This document shows, in pieces, positions 1 to 10,223 of a stretch of 63,557 nucleotides of DNA. Both the position numbers and the translations under genes were made by a program. Where the stretch lies: IMG/VR virus record IMGVR_UViG_3300021791_000002, positions 1 through 63,557 of that record. One strand, written 5' to 3'. This DNA is from a virus (lineage: Duplodnaviria > Caudoviricetes). Position 1 is the stretch's first letter, and each line of letters opens with the position of its first letter. The notes beneath the pieces were generated by a model. That model was not told the DNA's origin. It did no database searches and saw nothing but the letters and a program-made list of their open reading frames with translations.

Positions 1-469
1 ATCTGGAAGACAGGGGCATTCTAATGATGGGAACTATAATGAAAGCGATACAACAGGAAGTGGAGGATGGCAAGTAACAATTTATCCAAAATTCGGAGGA
101 CTTAGAAAAGGAGAGAAGTTTGTTCATATAATTATGGTCGGTTCTAGGCAGACTTTATTTCGCACTAATATGGGAGGCTTATTTGGTTTGGGATATAATG
201 CGTATGGGTCTTCCGGTGTAGGCGATACAACGGGGCGACCTATGTTGTGCCGTATGCAATACTTTGACGAAAACGATTTATTCGTCCTTAATGTATGTGG
301 GACTAAAGCTCATTATAATGACACCGGGCATGGATATCCTACTTGTTATGCAATATGTGCAAAAAAAGGCGCAGGGACAACAGAAGGGATTCCAAACTAT
401 GAGTGGAGAGGTTTATACGCATGGGGACAGAATGATGTTGGAAAAGTAGGAAACGGAAATACGACTGAT
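1..469. repeat. Terminal direct repeat, left copy (circular overlap, imperfect)
   Basis: Aligns without gaps to 63089-63557 with 14 substitutions. Confidence 0.95.
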
Positions 470-1525
470 CAACATACACCGACTAGATGCTCTAATATCC
501 CTGCACAAGTACAACAAATGGCGAGTGGTGGTGGTGGGCTGTACACACAGTTATTAGCGACAACAGATGATACTTCAAGATCACAAGAAGACGGAAATAG
601 AACCGCATGGACATGGGGAGGAAATGAACATGGGTTTGGAGATGGAACATCTTCTAAGAGTGAAACATCCCCCGGAAATTACGGGTTAAACTTTGATGAC
701 GCACATGATGTCGCATGGATTGAAAATTCCGGAGGTGATTTAGACAGTGGCAATGGCGATTACAGTACGCTACAATTCTTTTTAACTTCTACAGGTAAAG
801 CATGGGTTGCAGGGAGAAACAATAACGGACAAGCAGGAACAGGAAATACTGGTGATATTTCAACATGGGCACATTCAGGAGGCACATTAAGGTTTCGAGA
901 ACTCTGGACAAACCACAAAACGTCATGGGGTCTTACAGGAGTTCCGGGTACAGGGCATCACGGTCAAACTTGGGGGTCTTGGGGTCTTCCAGCAACACAG
1001 TACGCATGTGGTTATAATGGTTACCACGAAACTTACTCATCTAACACTAGTGTACAAACGACTTGGCAGACACAACCAAATCAGCTATCGGAATATACAT
1101 ATGATGTGAATGGTGATGCAGTCTTATTTCCAAAAGACAGGATTGTGCATATACCTATAGATACTGCTCTTAACCAACATGTTTCTCTTGCAGTTGATGA
1201 AAACGGAAACGTGTGGGTCTGGGGGCACGATGACGATTTTGATTTTTCATTTGGGGAGAGCGGCAATTCATTACAATACCCAAATATGATTTGCACCCAG
1301 CTTGGGATGGTCACGCAGTATGAAGATGGAGTACACAATTTAGGTGGATCAGGTCGATATCCAGTTATAATCTATACGCGCAACAATGCAAATAGATCGA
1401 GCCTTATTATTCAGGACAACTTAGGGTCTATTTATGCGATGGGTCCAAACAACTATGAGACGAACTCAAAAGGACAGCAGGGAGACACCCGTGGTTTGGG
1501 CATGTACACAAATGATGTTTCATAA
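2..1525 (+). CDS. Tail fibre/receptor-binding protein with RCC1-like repeats, 3' part (gene starts at 62202)
   Basis: RCC1-like repeats (LYAWGQNDVGKVGNG, AWVAGRNNNGQAGTG, VWVWG); in frame with the ORF at 62202 across the terminal repeat. Confidence 0.8.
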   Translation, partial: SGRQGHSNDGNYNESDTTGSGGWQVTIYPKFGGLRKGEKFVHIIMVGSRQTLFRTNMGGLFGLGYNAYGSSGVGDTTGRPMLCRMQYFDENDLFVLNVCGTKAHYNDTGHGYPTCYAICAKKGAGTTEGIPNYEWRGLYAWGQNDVGKVGNGNTTDQHTPTRCSNIPAQVQQMASGGGGLYTQLLATTDDTSRSQEDGNRTAWTWGGNEHGFGDGTSSKSETSPGNYGLNFDDAHDVAWIENSGGDLDSGNGDYSTLQFFLTSTGKAWVAGRNNNGQAGTGNTGDISTWAHSGGTLRFRELWTNHKTSWGLTGVPGTGHHGQTWGSWGLPATQYACGYNGYHETYSSNTSVQTTWQTQPNQLSEYTYDVNGDAVLFPKDRIVHIPIDTALNQHVSLAVDENGNVWVWGHDDDFDFSFGESGNSLQYPNMICTQLGMVTQYEDGVHNLGGSGRYPVIIYTRNNANRSSLIIQDNLGSIYAMGPNNYETNSKGQQGDTRGLGMYTNDVS

Positions 1526-1543
1526 TTCAGACAAGGATTCACA

Positions 1544-1966
1544 ATGAGCAGGAAAATAGTTTCAATTGACAAAACAAAGAGGAATAAACTTGTATATGTC
1601 CCTGTAAATAGGGCGATTTACAAAGACGGCTGTGATGTCCACATGTACGAAGAATGCGGGAATCCTATAGGTGATAGGCTTTTCTTGAGCATCAGTTCTA
1701 TTAGTGGAGTAGAGCAACTTTTAAAAGACGCACAACCTGAAGATTTGGGTTGGAAAGACGCAACCTCCGAGGAGAAGGTCGCTTTGTGTAATCAGAGGGT
1801 GAGCAGAAAGAAGAGAGTTGCAAGTGAAACCAAGAGAAAGATACGAGAGGAATTCACAGTAGAGGACGAGTTACAGATTTACAGGACAGACGACACTGCT
1901 GGAAAGGCAAGAATTGCAGAGATAGTCGCAGAAGGCAAAGCTAAGTTAGTAGACGCAGGATATTAA
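1544..1966 (+). CDS. Hypothetical protein, probable tail fibre chaperone
   Basis: Follows the fibre gene; C-terminal KRKIREEFTVEDEL resembles fibre-assembly helper proteins. Confidence 0.5.
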   Translation: MSRKIVSIDKTKRNKLVYVPVNRAIYKDGCDVHMYEECGNPIGDRLFLSISSISGVEQLLKDAQPEDLGWKDATSEEKVALCNQRVSRKKRVASETKRKIREEFTVEDELQIYRTDDTAGKARIAEIVAEGKAKLVDAGY

Positions 1967-1983
1967 TATGCCGAGTTTTGGCT

Positions 1984-2310
1984 ATGCGTACGATACTTGT
2001 AATATGTTTTTTTGCGTTATTCGGATGTAAGAGTGTATCGTACGAAACACCAAAACCTCCGTATTCCGGCGATTACAAGACAATTAATATTAGAGGAATG
2101 TGGAATTCTTGTTTTGGTTTACTCAGAAAGAACTCTTCAGGGGTCGATCTCCGATTAGCCGCTTTGCATTGTGATTGCATAGTTGACAAGACAAGGGGAT
2201 TATATGTTTTTAAAGTTTTTAAAGATTTAGATTCTAGTGAAGCAGGAGAGGCATTTAAGGATTTTTCTTTAGAATGTTTCTTAAGACAAAACCCTTCAGC
2301 AAGATCATAA
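1984..2310 (+). CDS. Putative lipoprotein
   Basis: Signal peptide with lipobox-like LFGC; further paired Cys residues. Confidence 0.55.
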   Translation: MRTILVICFFALFGCKSVSYETPKPPYSGDYKTINIRGMWNSCFGLLRKNSSGVDLRLAALHCDCIVDKTRGLYVFKVFKDLDSSEAGEAFKDFSLECFLRQNPSARS

Positions 2311-2311
2311 G

Positions 2312-2551
2312 ATGATGAGTGTAGTTGACGATGTCACCAACCTATTAAATGCAGTAGGACTACCTGTAGGAATCACAATAATTTTAATGTGGTTTATTAA
2401 GTATCAATTCGACAATTCAAGAAGTGAACGAGAGGAGGCGCGAGAGGACAGGCAAAAATTTGATCAAAGAATGATTGAGGGATTTACAGAGATCAAGCTT
2501 GCAGTAGAGCAACAAAACAGATTGATATCAGAATTTTTGCGATTGAAGTAA
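2312..2551 (+). CDS. Holin-like membrane protein
   Basis: One N-terminal TM helix (VGLPVGITIILMWFI) plus coiled coil; lies upstream of the endolysin. Confidence 0.5.
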   Translation: MMSVVDDVTNLLNAVGLPVGITIILMWFIKYQFDNSRSEREEAREDRQKFDQRMIEGFTEIKLAVEQQNRLISEFLRLK

Positions 2552-2808
2552 TGCCAAGAAAGTCGAGTGAAAATTTCAATAATTATTTACCGTTAATATT
2601 ATATTTTGTTCGTGCTGCTTTACCTTTCGCAGAATTATTTTTAATAGGGTGGATAATTTATTATGTTTTCAACACAGACGGGATTTCAAAAGAGATGACT
2701 AATATTCTGTCAGCTTGTGTCGGGGGACTACTCGTTAATTATACAAAGATGAGCGGTTTTATATTTTCCAAGGAGAGTGATCCATCAAACTCAAATTACA
2801 GAGGCTAA
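2551..2808 (+). CDS. Membrane protein, holin-like
   Basis: Two hydrophobic segments; lysis-cluster context; TAATG coupling. Confidence 0.45.
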   Translation: MPRKSSENFNNYLPLILYFVRAALPFAELFLIGWIIYYVFNTDGISKEMTNILSACVGGLLVNYTKMSGFIFSKESDPSNSNYRG

Positions 2809-2809
2809 T

Positions 2810-3001
2810 ATGATAGGAGTATTAGGAACAGTTGGACTTGCTGCTGCGAAGACGTTAGTTGTTAGTTTGCTGACGGAGAAAATGATTCTCAAACTGACAC
2901 TGACACTACTAGAGTGGGCAGTAGACAGGACAAGCAATGAAGTTGACAATCAGCTTGTTGGAATGATGAGAGAACAGCTTCGGAAGACAGGAGTCCTATG
3001 A
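2810..3001 (+). CDS. Small hydrophobic protein of the lysis cluster
   Basis: ATG at 2810 after GAGG; stop overlaps the endolysin start. Confidence 0.5.
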   Translation: MIGVLGTVGLAAAKTLVVSLLTEKMILKLTLTLLEWAVDRTSNEVDNQLVGMMREQLRKTGVL

Positions 3002-3471
3002 GGATTGCCCAAAACTTCACGCTTGAGGAGTTCACAAAATCTCAACAAGCAGAGAGGTTGGGTATAGATAATTCCCCTCAGAAGCCAGAGCATCTTGTAA
3101 ACTTAGTTTTATTAGCTCAGAACGTCCTTCAACCTATTAGAAACGCACACGGCCCGGTTATTATTTCTTCAGGATACAGGACGGTTCAAGTCAACAGGGC
3201 AATCGGAAGCAAATCTGACACTTCCCAACATTGCATAGGACAGGCAGCAGATTTTGAATGCATCGGAAGTATATCAAATTACGATTTAGCAGTTTGGATT
3301 CAAGAGTGTTTAGATTTTGATCAATTAATTCTTGAGTGTTACGATCCTAAAAAGGGGATGAATAGTGGTTGGATTCATTGCAGTTACAATTTAGAAAAAA
3401 ATAGATCAGAAAAACTAACAGCATCTTTTGAAAACGGTGAGATGAAGTATCAAAGGGGGCTAATAGGGTGA
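2998..3471 (+). CDS. Endolysin, peptidase M15A family
   Basis: NFTLEEF start, ISSGYR, SQHxxGQAAD and WIH Zn-peptidase motifs. Confidence 0.9.
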   Translation: MRIAQNFTLEEFTKSQQAERLGIDNSPQKPEHLVNLVLLAQNVLQPIRNAHGPVIISSGYRTVQVNRAIGSKSDTSQHCIGQAADFECIGSISNYDLAVWIQECLDFDQLILECYDPKKGMNSGWIHCSYNLEKNRSEKLTASFENGEMKYQRGLIG

Positions 3472-3477
3472 TGAGTC

Positions 3478-6400
3478 ATGCCAAAAAAGACATTAAAGGA
3501 TTTTTCAGGAGGATTAAACACTAGATTAAGCAAGAGTCACATTTCAGAAACAGAGGCGCAGGATTCTGTTGACATTGATTTAAGTGGAAACCGAATACAA
3601 CCTGCAAAGGGAATTGACGAAAGCATTATTGCAAGTGGAGATTATAAATTCAGAAGTAAGTGGATCACAGATGAGGAGGCAGTTTCTTTTTCAGAATACG
3701 GTGATTCAATTATCAAGAGTTATGAAAACAAGAAACCTCAATTTCAGTCTTTAAAAGAGGAAGGAGGAGTATCTGATTCTATTGATTTAGGTGTCCCGCC
3801 AACTCCTGCCCCACCAACTCCGGTATTACAAACCACCGGGACTGCTACCACAGCAGATAACGCATACGCTTATCACACTGTTTATACCGAAACAATAAAG
3901 AATTCCGGAGGCATAGCATCTGGCGCAGGAGGTGGAAATCCTCAAACTTTACTTCCGGGAACAGTAGAAGGGCAACATATTCATGTTGATTCTACTGGTG
4001 GGTTTTCATTTTTCAAGGAACCAAGTTCATCTGCGACCACTTACACTCCAAACTATTCTGAAAGCGGGACATTAGTCCGGTACAGTTCAGGATATTCTTT
4101 AACATTCAGTATTTCGATCACGCACTGGAACTCATCTGAAAACGAATTTAGGAGACCGTCTTATTTCTTTAAGGGAGATTATTTTGTAGGAGTTTCTGAC
4201 TCCGGGATCAGTAAGAAATTATTGACTGATTCTACTGCATCAGAGACAACACATGCCTTTACAAGTCCAACTATACAAGAGTATGTAGGAGATTCCTGTA
4301 CTGCTGACGCTCAGGACGGAATAGAGCAAGCATATACAACTGTTCATCGTACAACAGTCAGTTCAGATTCAGACGAAATTTTCGTCTCAAGGGTTCACCG
4401 AGGTCACGGGGGAAGTATAAGTGGGACAGGTTCTGTAATTTCAGGAACAAAAAACGGTGTTTGGAGAACTAACGCAGGATGCGTTCATATTGAAGGAGAA
4501 CCAAATCTTTCTAATAGTAACATCAAGAAAGTTACTTTACGAGAGGGGACGTGGTATGTGGTTTTGTGGTTTGACCCCGGATGGGTCAGGAAAAAGGAGT
4601 GGATACAGACTCACCCGTTGGGGTTAGGCGTAAAAGATTGGATATCACTCGCTCCTGATTGGCGCGGGAATAATTCGATAGGAGGTTATGGATGGGAATA
4701 TGTGTCAAGTTCTGCTTTTGAAGCCTCTTCGGGGGGGCGCACAGCAATGGGTTGGTTTTCCGACTTCACTGAAAGTGTTCATGACATATATGAGACGGGA
4801 TCTCAGACCTTCTGGAATTGGGCGAATCCATCTCAATCCGAAAATGCCTCCCCCGGAGCCACTAGCCCCACTGTTGTCTCTTACACCATAGACCCTCTTG
4901 CTTTGTGGTCTTGTCACAACCAAGCTGATCAGTGGGAAGTCCCTACAACTTTAGATGGTACTCATTTTTATTCAGAATTAGATGATTCTGGTGTGGGGAG
5001 TTTTGTGGGGTCAGCACATGATGGTACAGGACCGACAGATACTACAAACACAGGAATTTTCTTTGGAAATGATTGCAGTTCTATCAGTCAAATTTCAGGA
5101 AGCGAATATGTGGGAGCGTCTGAAAAAGGATTCGCCCCATATTATAATAACCAAGCACAAATTAAAGGAGGCGCATTATACATCCCGTGGGATACTACAG
5201 CATCAGTAAATGTTGGTCCGTTCCCGACTTACATTTTTGAGGTAGCAACTTCAAATAAGTTAGCACGGTCGAGTTTGAGAGGTATGTCAGCAAGAGTTTT
5301 CTCACAGAAAAAAGGTTCAGGGTCAGACGAAAGGACAGAATATTTTTTCAGGAGGAATGATCGTTTAGACGGGGGTGTTTATAATTTAAAAGAAGAATCA
5401 GCAGCAGGGAGATCAGGTGATTTAACAGTCTCGCCGGATTGGGAACCTCCATCAGGTTCTCCTGAAGTGTATGATTACGGATTAGGAGTATCTATACAGA
5501 AATTCCTTACAATTTACCATGATTATCACTCCGAAGAGAGACGCGGGAAAGGATTAAGATACCGTTGGCATCAACTAGAGCAAGCTCCGTTGTATAACGG
5601 AGGATCATATAAAAATCCTACGCAACAAACCCCACAGTATATTTTAGGAGACAAGGATTATGCTCTTAATACAATTCATATGAAAAATTTGAGCATTGAC
5701 AGCACAATCAATGCTTTATCTTATCCTGTAGCACAAAACAAATGTGCGGTAATTAACACTGTACACAAGTTAGCGTTTACTGAAACAGGTGCAACAACAA
5801 TTCATTGCACAGAAGGGGTTCCAGATTATAAGATTCAAGATCGAAGCACTACAACTGTTTCTGTAGAAAATGTAAATGAAACTTTACATGTTTCTTCATA
5901 TAACTGGGCATGTACTCCGTTGCATCAAATAAATTCTGCGAAGATGGCAAAAGTCTCTGGGTCACTGAAGAGGGCATCTTTACCTGCAGATAGAGAACGA
6001 CAAGCAGCAATGCACCCCCAGTTTGGACTCGCGTCATCTCCAACTTCTAAAGCAGAATCCTTGGGGACAGAATATGTTCCAGAATCTTATTTGCGAGGGT
6101 CATCAGAGTATGATCTCGCGTCTTCTAGACATATAAACCCAGACTCTAGTGCATCTTTAGTGACATCAGGGTGGTTGCCGTTTAAAGCAAAAACAACATA
6201 TCAAGTTCCAACAAATTCTCCTGTATCTGATCAGGGTGTCATTTTCCAGAGATCAGACAATTACGGGACTCCTTCCTCTTCTTATATCCCAGAATATAAA
6301 ATAGGTTTAGCAAATACGGAAGGATCAGATTTATCTTCACAACCGCAAATAGAGGCAACAGAAGACCATAGATTTTACGCTAATGATAACGGCGTTTTAA

Positions 6401-9111
6401 TTAGAGGCGGGCCTTTTATGAATGACGGGTCTTTTCATCCCGGAGCAATAAGGAGTCATCCTTTGAGCGCAAGCTTTTCGATTGCAAATACTACCACAAT
6501 AACTATATCTGCATTTAACGATTATGAGGTAAAATCTGATGTGGTTTTATTTTATAACCCCGGGATTGAAATCATTGATCCTTCTGATATGAATGATTCT
6601 TCAAAGCATTTAAGTTTAGGGGATTTAAATTTTAGGGCACAGATTCACAAAGCATTTATAACAGGAAGCGTCTCAACAGGTAAGTTATTTTTATCAGTCA
6701 AGGGGAAACCGGAAGAATTAGTAGTTGTAAATCTTGAATCAGAGACGAATGAAAGAGCATTGTACAGAGTCCCTGTCAGTCATTTTTTGTCTTTAATTAC
6801 AAATGATAAGTATGTTATAGGATCGGTTTACACTGCAGGGACTAAGTTATTTTCTAATCTAACAAGGTGTTGGATTGTATATCCTAGTGAATTAGAATCA
6901 GGAACAATACCAATAACATCTACAAACCACACTTCTGGGACTTCATCTGGAACAGTTAAAAAGATTTTTTCAAAAAATGACGATACAGACAGTAAGTTCA
7001 TATTAATATCTACATCAGGAAATCAGGAGTGGTCTTCACCAAACTTGTCATTAGAATTATCTAATGACAGGGATTTAACTTTAGTGGCAGAACCAGATAA
7101 ATATTCTATTAAAGTTCAATCTAATATATCAGGACAAAACATCACAAATATGCCTCAAGAGGCAATGAGAAATATTTATATTGGAGATATTGTAACTTCA
7201 ACCTCAATAAACGGTAATTCAACAGTCCCATCAAACACAGAAGTTATCACGAAATCAGGAACAACTATACAAGTTACAACAAGTTGCACACTTAATGTTG
7301 AAGACACGTTAACATTTACAAGATATGTGAAGGAATCAGACGTTTGGTTTTCTACAGATGATTTTGGGAATATAGAAACTCCGATTGATTATACTTCCGA
7401 TTATGACTTCGCAGCAACTTACACTGGTCCTTCTGAAATATTATCCTTTGCAGGTTCAGCAAATGATTACATCCCAATTTCCAGAATCGGAGGCATAGAA
7501 GGAACAACTACTTCAGGAAATTATGCGTATGACTCTAACTCAAAATATTATTTCAGGGTTTTTTTGGATAAGAATTTAATATCAAGTACAGGAACTTCTT
7601 TAGGCGAGGTTGAATTTTCAAAGGGGATTCCTAATATGTTTTCTTCTATTACAAATTTGCCAATTCAATACAGAATTTCTTTATTGAGGAATATTGGAAC
7701 TGCCATCAATCCTTCTTATATAGAATCAGGAGCATCTCAAGAGTCTTCTCAAATATCTTTATCTACTAGCACCAATTTTATAACACTCAGGGATTTACCA
7801 GTTGGGTTGAGTTCTGATATACAGAAAATAAGGATTTATAGAACTGGCGGACTTTATGCGGCATATGGTTGGTTGAAAGATGTGGATATTTCAAAAGGAG
7901 TGGAAGGGGTTGACGATCAGTCAAGATTCATAGGTTCTACAGCATTAACCCCGTTATCTATTACAACTCCTCCTCCGTTTATAGAAGGCAGGAAAAACCT
8001 TAAATATGTATCGTACGTTTCAGGGTTATTCTATGCCGGTTATGGATCGACATTAAGAGTCAGTGAATACGGGAATCCTCATTCATGGCCTGAACAAGCG
8101 TATTACCCTCTTGATGGAGATATTACAGGGATTCGACAATATCAGGGTGAAGGGGTTGTTTGGACTGCAAACTCTGCATATCGGTTGCGTGGGGCATCGT
8201 ACGATGATATTACAATAGTTAAGATTCCAGATCAGCAAGGGATGCCAGAGGGTAATTTCTCAAGTTTGATTGAAGCATTAAACTCTTTGTTTTGGATTTC
8301 AAATGATGGGGTTTGCATGTATTCGCAGGGGAGAATATCGTTAATATCTCAAGAAAAATTCAAGGTATTCCCTAAGTTAGTAAATTCAAAAGGTGCTGCT
8401 AAAGACAATGTTCTCCACTTTTTTACAGAGACTGGATATGGAATGGCATGTGATCTAAGGTCTAATCGCCCTAAATTTTCTAAAATATCAGAGAATACAG
8501 ATAGGCGAGCATTTTATTCTCAAACAGATGACAGGTTATTTTTATCAAGGTCTTTAAATTCTGGTGCGTATGGAGATGGTTCTTTTAAGTCATTGAAATT
8601 TACATCAGGAACAATTGATTTCGGTGATTCTAATGAATACAAAGTTTATCATAGATCACAAATCAGGTATAAAGGCTCAGGAAGCATAGAGTTCAAATTT
8701 CAGGAAGGTTCTGATATCAGTGAAATCTCAGAAACATTTAACCTTCCGTTTGTCACAGAAGAGACTTCTAAATATTTAGAGTTTAGTCTGGCAAAAACTG
8801 CATTTCATGTTGTTTTCACTGTCTTAGGAGAAATTGAAGTCCTAGAGGTTTCATTTGAATCAGAACCCGCATCGTCATATTCCCAGAAAATGAGATTTGA
8901 AAGTGCAGATGTAATTTATCGTGGATCACCAATGCTTAATATAACAGTTGACGGAGTAATTGCTCCTATTACTCCTGATTTGGTTTCTTCTGAATTATTA
9001 ACAACAATAAGGGTGTATCTCCCGCCATCTACAGAAGGTTATATTCCGCATTACACTAATATTGGAGGTGGAGAAATTATTTCAGTAACTCACAATAAAT
9101 CAGAAATATGA
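3478..9111 (+). CDS. Tail nozzle/DNA stabilisation protein (P22 gp10/T7 gp12-like) with a very large insertion
   Basis: N-terminal DFSGGLN and C-terminal SEYGNPHSWP motifs typical of podovirus nozzle proteins; position before the ejection genes. Confidence 0.65.
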   Translation: MPKKTLKDFSGGLNTRLSKSHISETEAQDSVDIDLSGNRIQPAKGIDESIIASGDYKFRSKWITDEEAVSFSEYGDSIIKSYENKKPQFQSLKEEGGVSDSIDLGVPPTPAPPTPVLQTTGTATTADNAYAYHTVYTETIKNSGGIASGAGGGNPQTLLPGTVEGQHIHVDSTGGFSFFKEPSSSATTYTPNYSESGTLVRYSSGYSLTFSISITHWNSSENEFRRPSYFFKGDYFVGVSDSGISKKLLTDSTASETTHAFTSPTIQEYVGDSCTADAQDGIEQAYTTVHRTTVSSDSDEIFVSRVHRGHGGSISGTGSVISGTKNGVWRTNAGCVHIEGEPNLSNSNIKKVTLREGTWYVVLWFDPGWVRKKEWIQTHPLGLGVKDWISLAPDWRGNNSIGGYGWEYVSSSAFEASSGGRTAMGWFSDFTESVHDIYETGSQTFWNWANPSQSENASPGATSPTVVSYTIDPLALWSCHNQADQWEVPTTLDGTHFYSELDDSGVGSFVGSAHDGTGPTDTTNTGIFFGNDCSSISQISGSEYVGASEKGFAPYYNNQAQIKGGALYIPWDTTASVNVGPFPTYIFEVATSNKLARSSLRGMSARVFSQKKGSGSDERTEYFFRRNDRLDGGVYNLKEESAAGRSGDLTVSPDWEPPSGSPEVYDYGLGVSIQKFLTIYHDYHSEERRGKGLRYRWHQLEQAPLYNGGSYKNPTQQTPQYILGDKDYALNTIHMKNLSIDSTINALSYPVAQNKCAVINTVHKLAFTETGATTIHCTEGVPDYKIQDRSTTTVSVENVNETLHVSSYNWACTPLHQINSAKMAKVSGSLKRASLPADRERQAAMHPQFGLASSPTSKAESLGTEYVPESYLRGSSEYDLASSRHINPDSSASLVTSGWLPFKAKTTYQVPTNSPVSDQGVIFQRSDNYGTPSSSYIPEYKIGLANTEGSDLSSQPQIEATEDHRFYANDNGVLIRGGPFMNDGSFHPGAIRSHPLSASFSIANTTTITISAFNDYEVKSDVVLFYNPGIEIIDPSDMNDSSKHLSLGDLNFRAQIHKAFITGSVSTGKLFLSVKGKPEELVVVNLESETNERALYRVPVSHFLSLITNDKYVIGSVYTAGTKLFSNLTRCWIVYPSELESGTIPITSTNHTSGTSSGTVKKIFSKNDDTDSKFILISTSGNQEWSSPNLSLELSNDRDLTLVAEPDKYSIKVQSNISGQNITNMPQEAMRNIYIGDIVTSTSINGNSTVPSNTEVITKSGTTIQVTTSCTLNVEDTLTFTRYVKESDVWFSTDDFGNIETPIDYTSDYDFAATYTGPSEILSFAGSANDYIPISRIGGIEGTTTSGNYAYDSNSKYYFRVFLDKNLISSTGTSLGEVEFSKGIPNMFSSITNLPIQYRISLLRNIGTAINPSYIESGASQESSQISLSTSTNFITLRDLPVGLSSDIQKIRIYRTGGLYAAYGWLKDVDISKGVEGVDDQSRFIGSTALTPLSITTPPPFIEGRKNLKYVSYVSGLFYAGYGSTLRVSEYGNPHSWPEQAYYPLDGDITGIRQYQGEGVVWTANSAYRLRGASYDDITIVKIPDQQGMPEGNFSSLIEALNSLFWISNDGVCMYSQGRISLISQEKFKVFPKLVNSKGAAKDNVLHFFTETGYGMACDLRSNRPKFSKISENTDRRAFYSQTDDRLFLSRSLNSGAYGDGSFKSLKFTSGTIDFGDSNEYKVYHRSQIRYKGSGSIEFKFQEGSDISEISETFNLPFVTEETSKYLEFSLAKTAFHVVFTVLGEIEVLEVSFESEPASSYSQKMRFESADVIYRGSPMLNITVDGVIAPITPDLVSSELLTTIRVYLPPSTEGYIPHYTNIGGGEIISVTHNKSEI

Positions 9112-10223
9112 TACGGGATTATATTACTTTAGAATCTGTCACAGTTTCTTATAAAAACCAACCTCCAAATGTTGCGATTTCGATGGATGGTCGTGCTATA
9201 GCTACTGTTTCTGATTTGCCATCTCATCAAGAATATTATTCTAGAAGAATTTCTGTCCCGCCCGAGTCTTCCGGTTATGTTCCTCATTTCGCGACAGATA
9301 GTGTTTCTTTTGTTGACCACAAGTTCAATATTCTACCAGCATCGGAATTTGATCAGCAATTAATATGGCATTATTATGAGTTAACTATTTCCGGCGGTGT
9401 AAATGTATCTTTATTTTTAGACGGAGACACTAAAATACCGGGTAAAAATTTAAGTATTCCTTTTTCTGAATCGTTTTTAGACAGACAATCTACAACAGCA
9501 GTACCTTACATTATTTTATCCCCAGAAGTAGTCAGTAACACAAAAAAGATAGAAGGTTTTACAACTGATCAAATGTCTAATATTAGTATTAATGACTCTG
9601 TTTCTTTTGGAAATGCAAGTTCTAGCGGAAATGTGCCATCTTCAGATGCATTTGCAGGAATTCTTTCAGGAGTATTTGTAGCAAGAAAGGAAGAAAATTC
9701 TATTCTATTGAATAAACCAGTATCAACAACAAGTGCAACTTACATTGCTTTTGGCAGAACAATTTCTTTGCGTAAAAGTTACCATACTGTTCGCGTATAT
9801 TATCCTCCGTTAAGTTACGGATACACTCCACATGTTTCAAACTCAACAAATGACATCGGATATATAATTAAAGCAAAACCTGTCTCACTTCCAGCGAGGT
9901 TTTACAGCAAGTCTACAACAATGTCTGAAGGACAGATTACTTATCAAGGAACAATACGAGTTCAGTTCTACTTGGACGGCAATGCTTTAGGCGACCCATA
10001 TATTTTTAAAGGAGAACGTAATAGCACAGGAGCATATAAATATATAACCAAGAAATTTTACCTTCCATCAGGGGCAATAGGGAGAGTTTTTCAGTGGAAT
10101 TTAGACGGAGATTATGGGACTGATGAATCATTTGGTGACATTGCATTCGTAGAGACTGATGCAAGTTTGAGTGCGACAGATACTCAACCTCAAGTTCCGA
10201 CATTAACCGGAAATGTTCAATAG
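9108..10223 (+). CDS. Virion structural protein made of three nozzle-C-terminal-like repeats
   Basis: Internal repeats of DG...RVYxPP..GYxPH, also present at the C-terminus of the upstream gene. Confidence 0.55.
   Translation: MIRDYITLESVTVSYKNQPPNVAISMDGRAIATVSDLPSHQEYYSRRISVPPESSGYVPHFATDSVSFVDHKFNILPASEFDQQLIWHYYELTISGGVNVSLFLDGDTKIPGKNLSIPFSESFLDRQSTTAVPYIILSPEVVSNTKKIEGFTTDQMSNISINDSVSFGNASSSGNVPSSDAFAGILSGVFVARKEENSILLNKPVSTTSATYIAFGRTISLRKSYHTVRVYYPPLSYGYTPHVSNSTNDIGYIIKAKPVSLPARFYSKSTTMSEGQITYQGTIRVQFYLDGNALGDPYIFKGERNSTGAYKYITKKFYLPSGAIGRVFQWNLDGDYGTDESFGDIAFVETDASLSATDTQPQVPTLTGNVQ

Noticed and set aside
1-469. Diversity-generating retroelement VR/TR pair
   Set aside because: No reverse transcriptase seen; only 8 of 14 differences involve A and they are split between copies; both copies are the same locus of a circular assembly
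134-1525. Independent 463-aa gene starting at 134
   Set aside because: The frame is open upstream and continues from ATG 62202 across the junction
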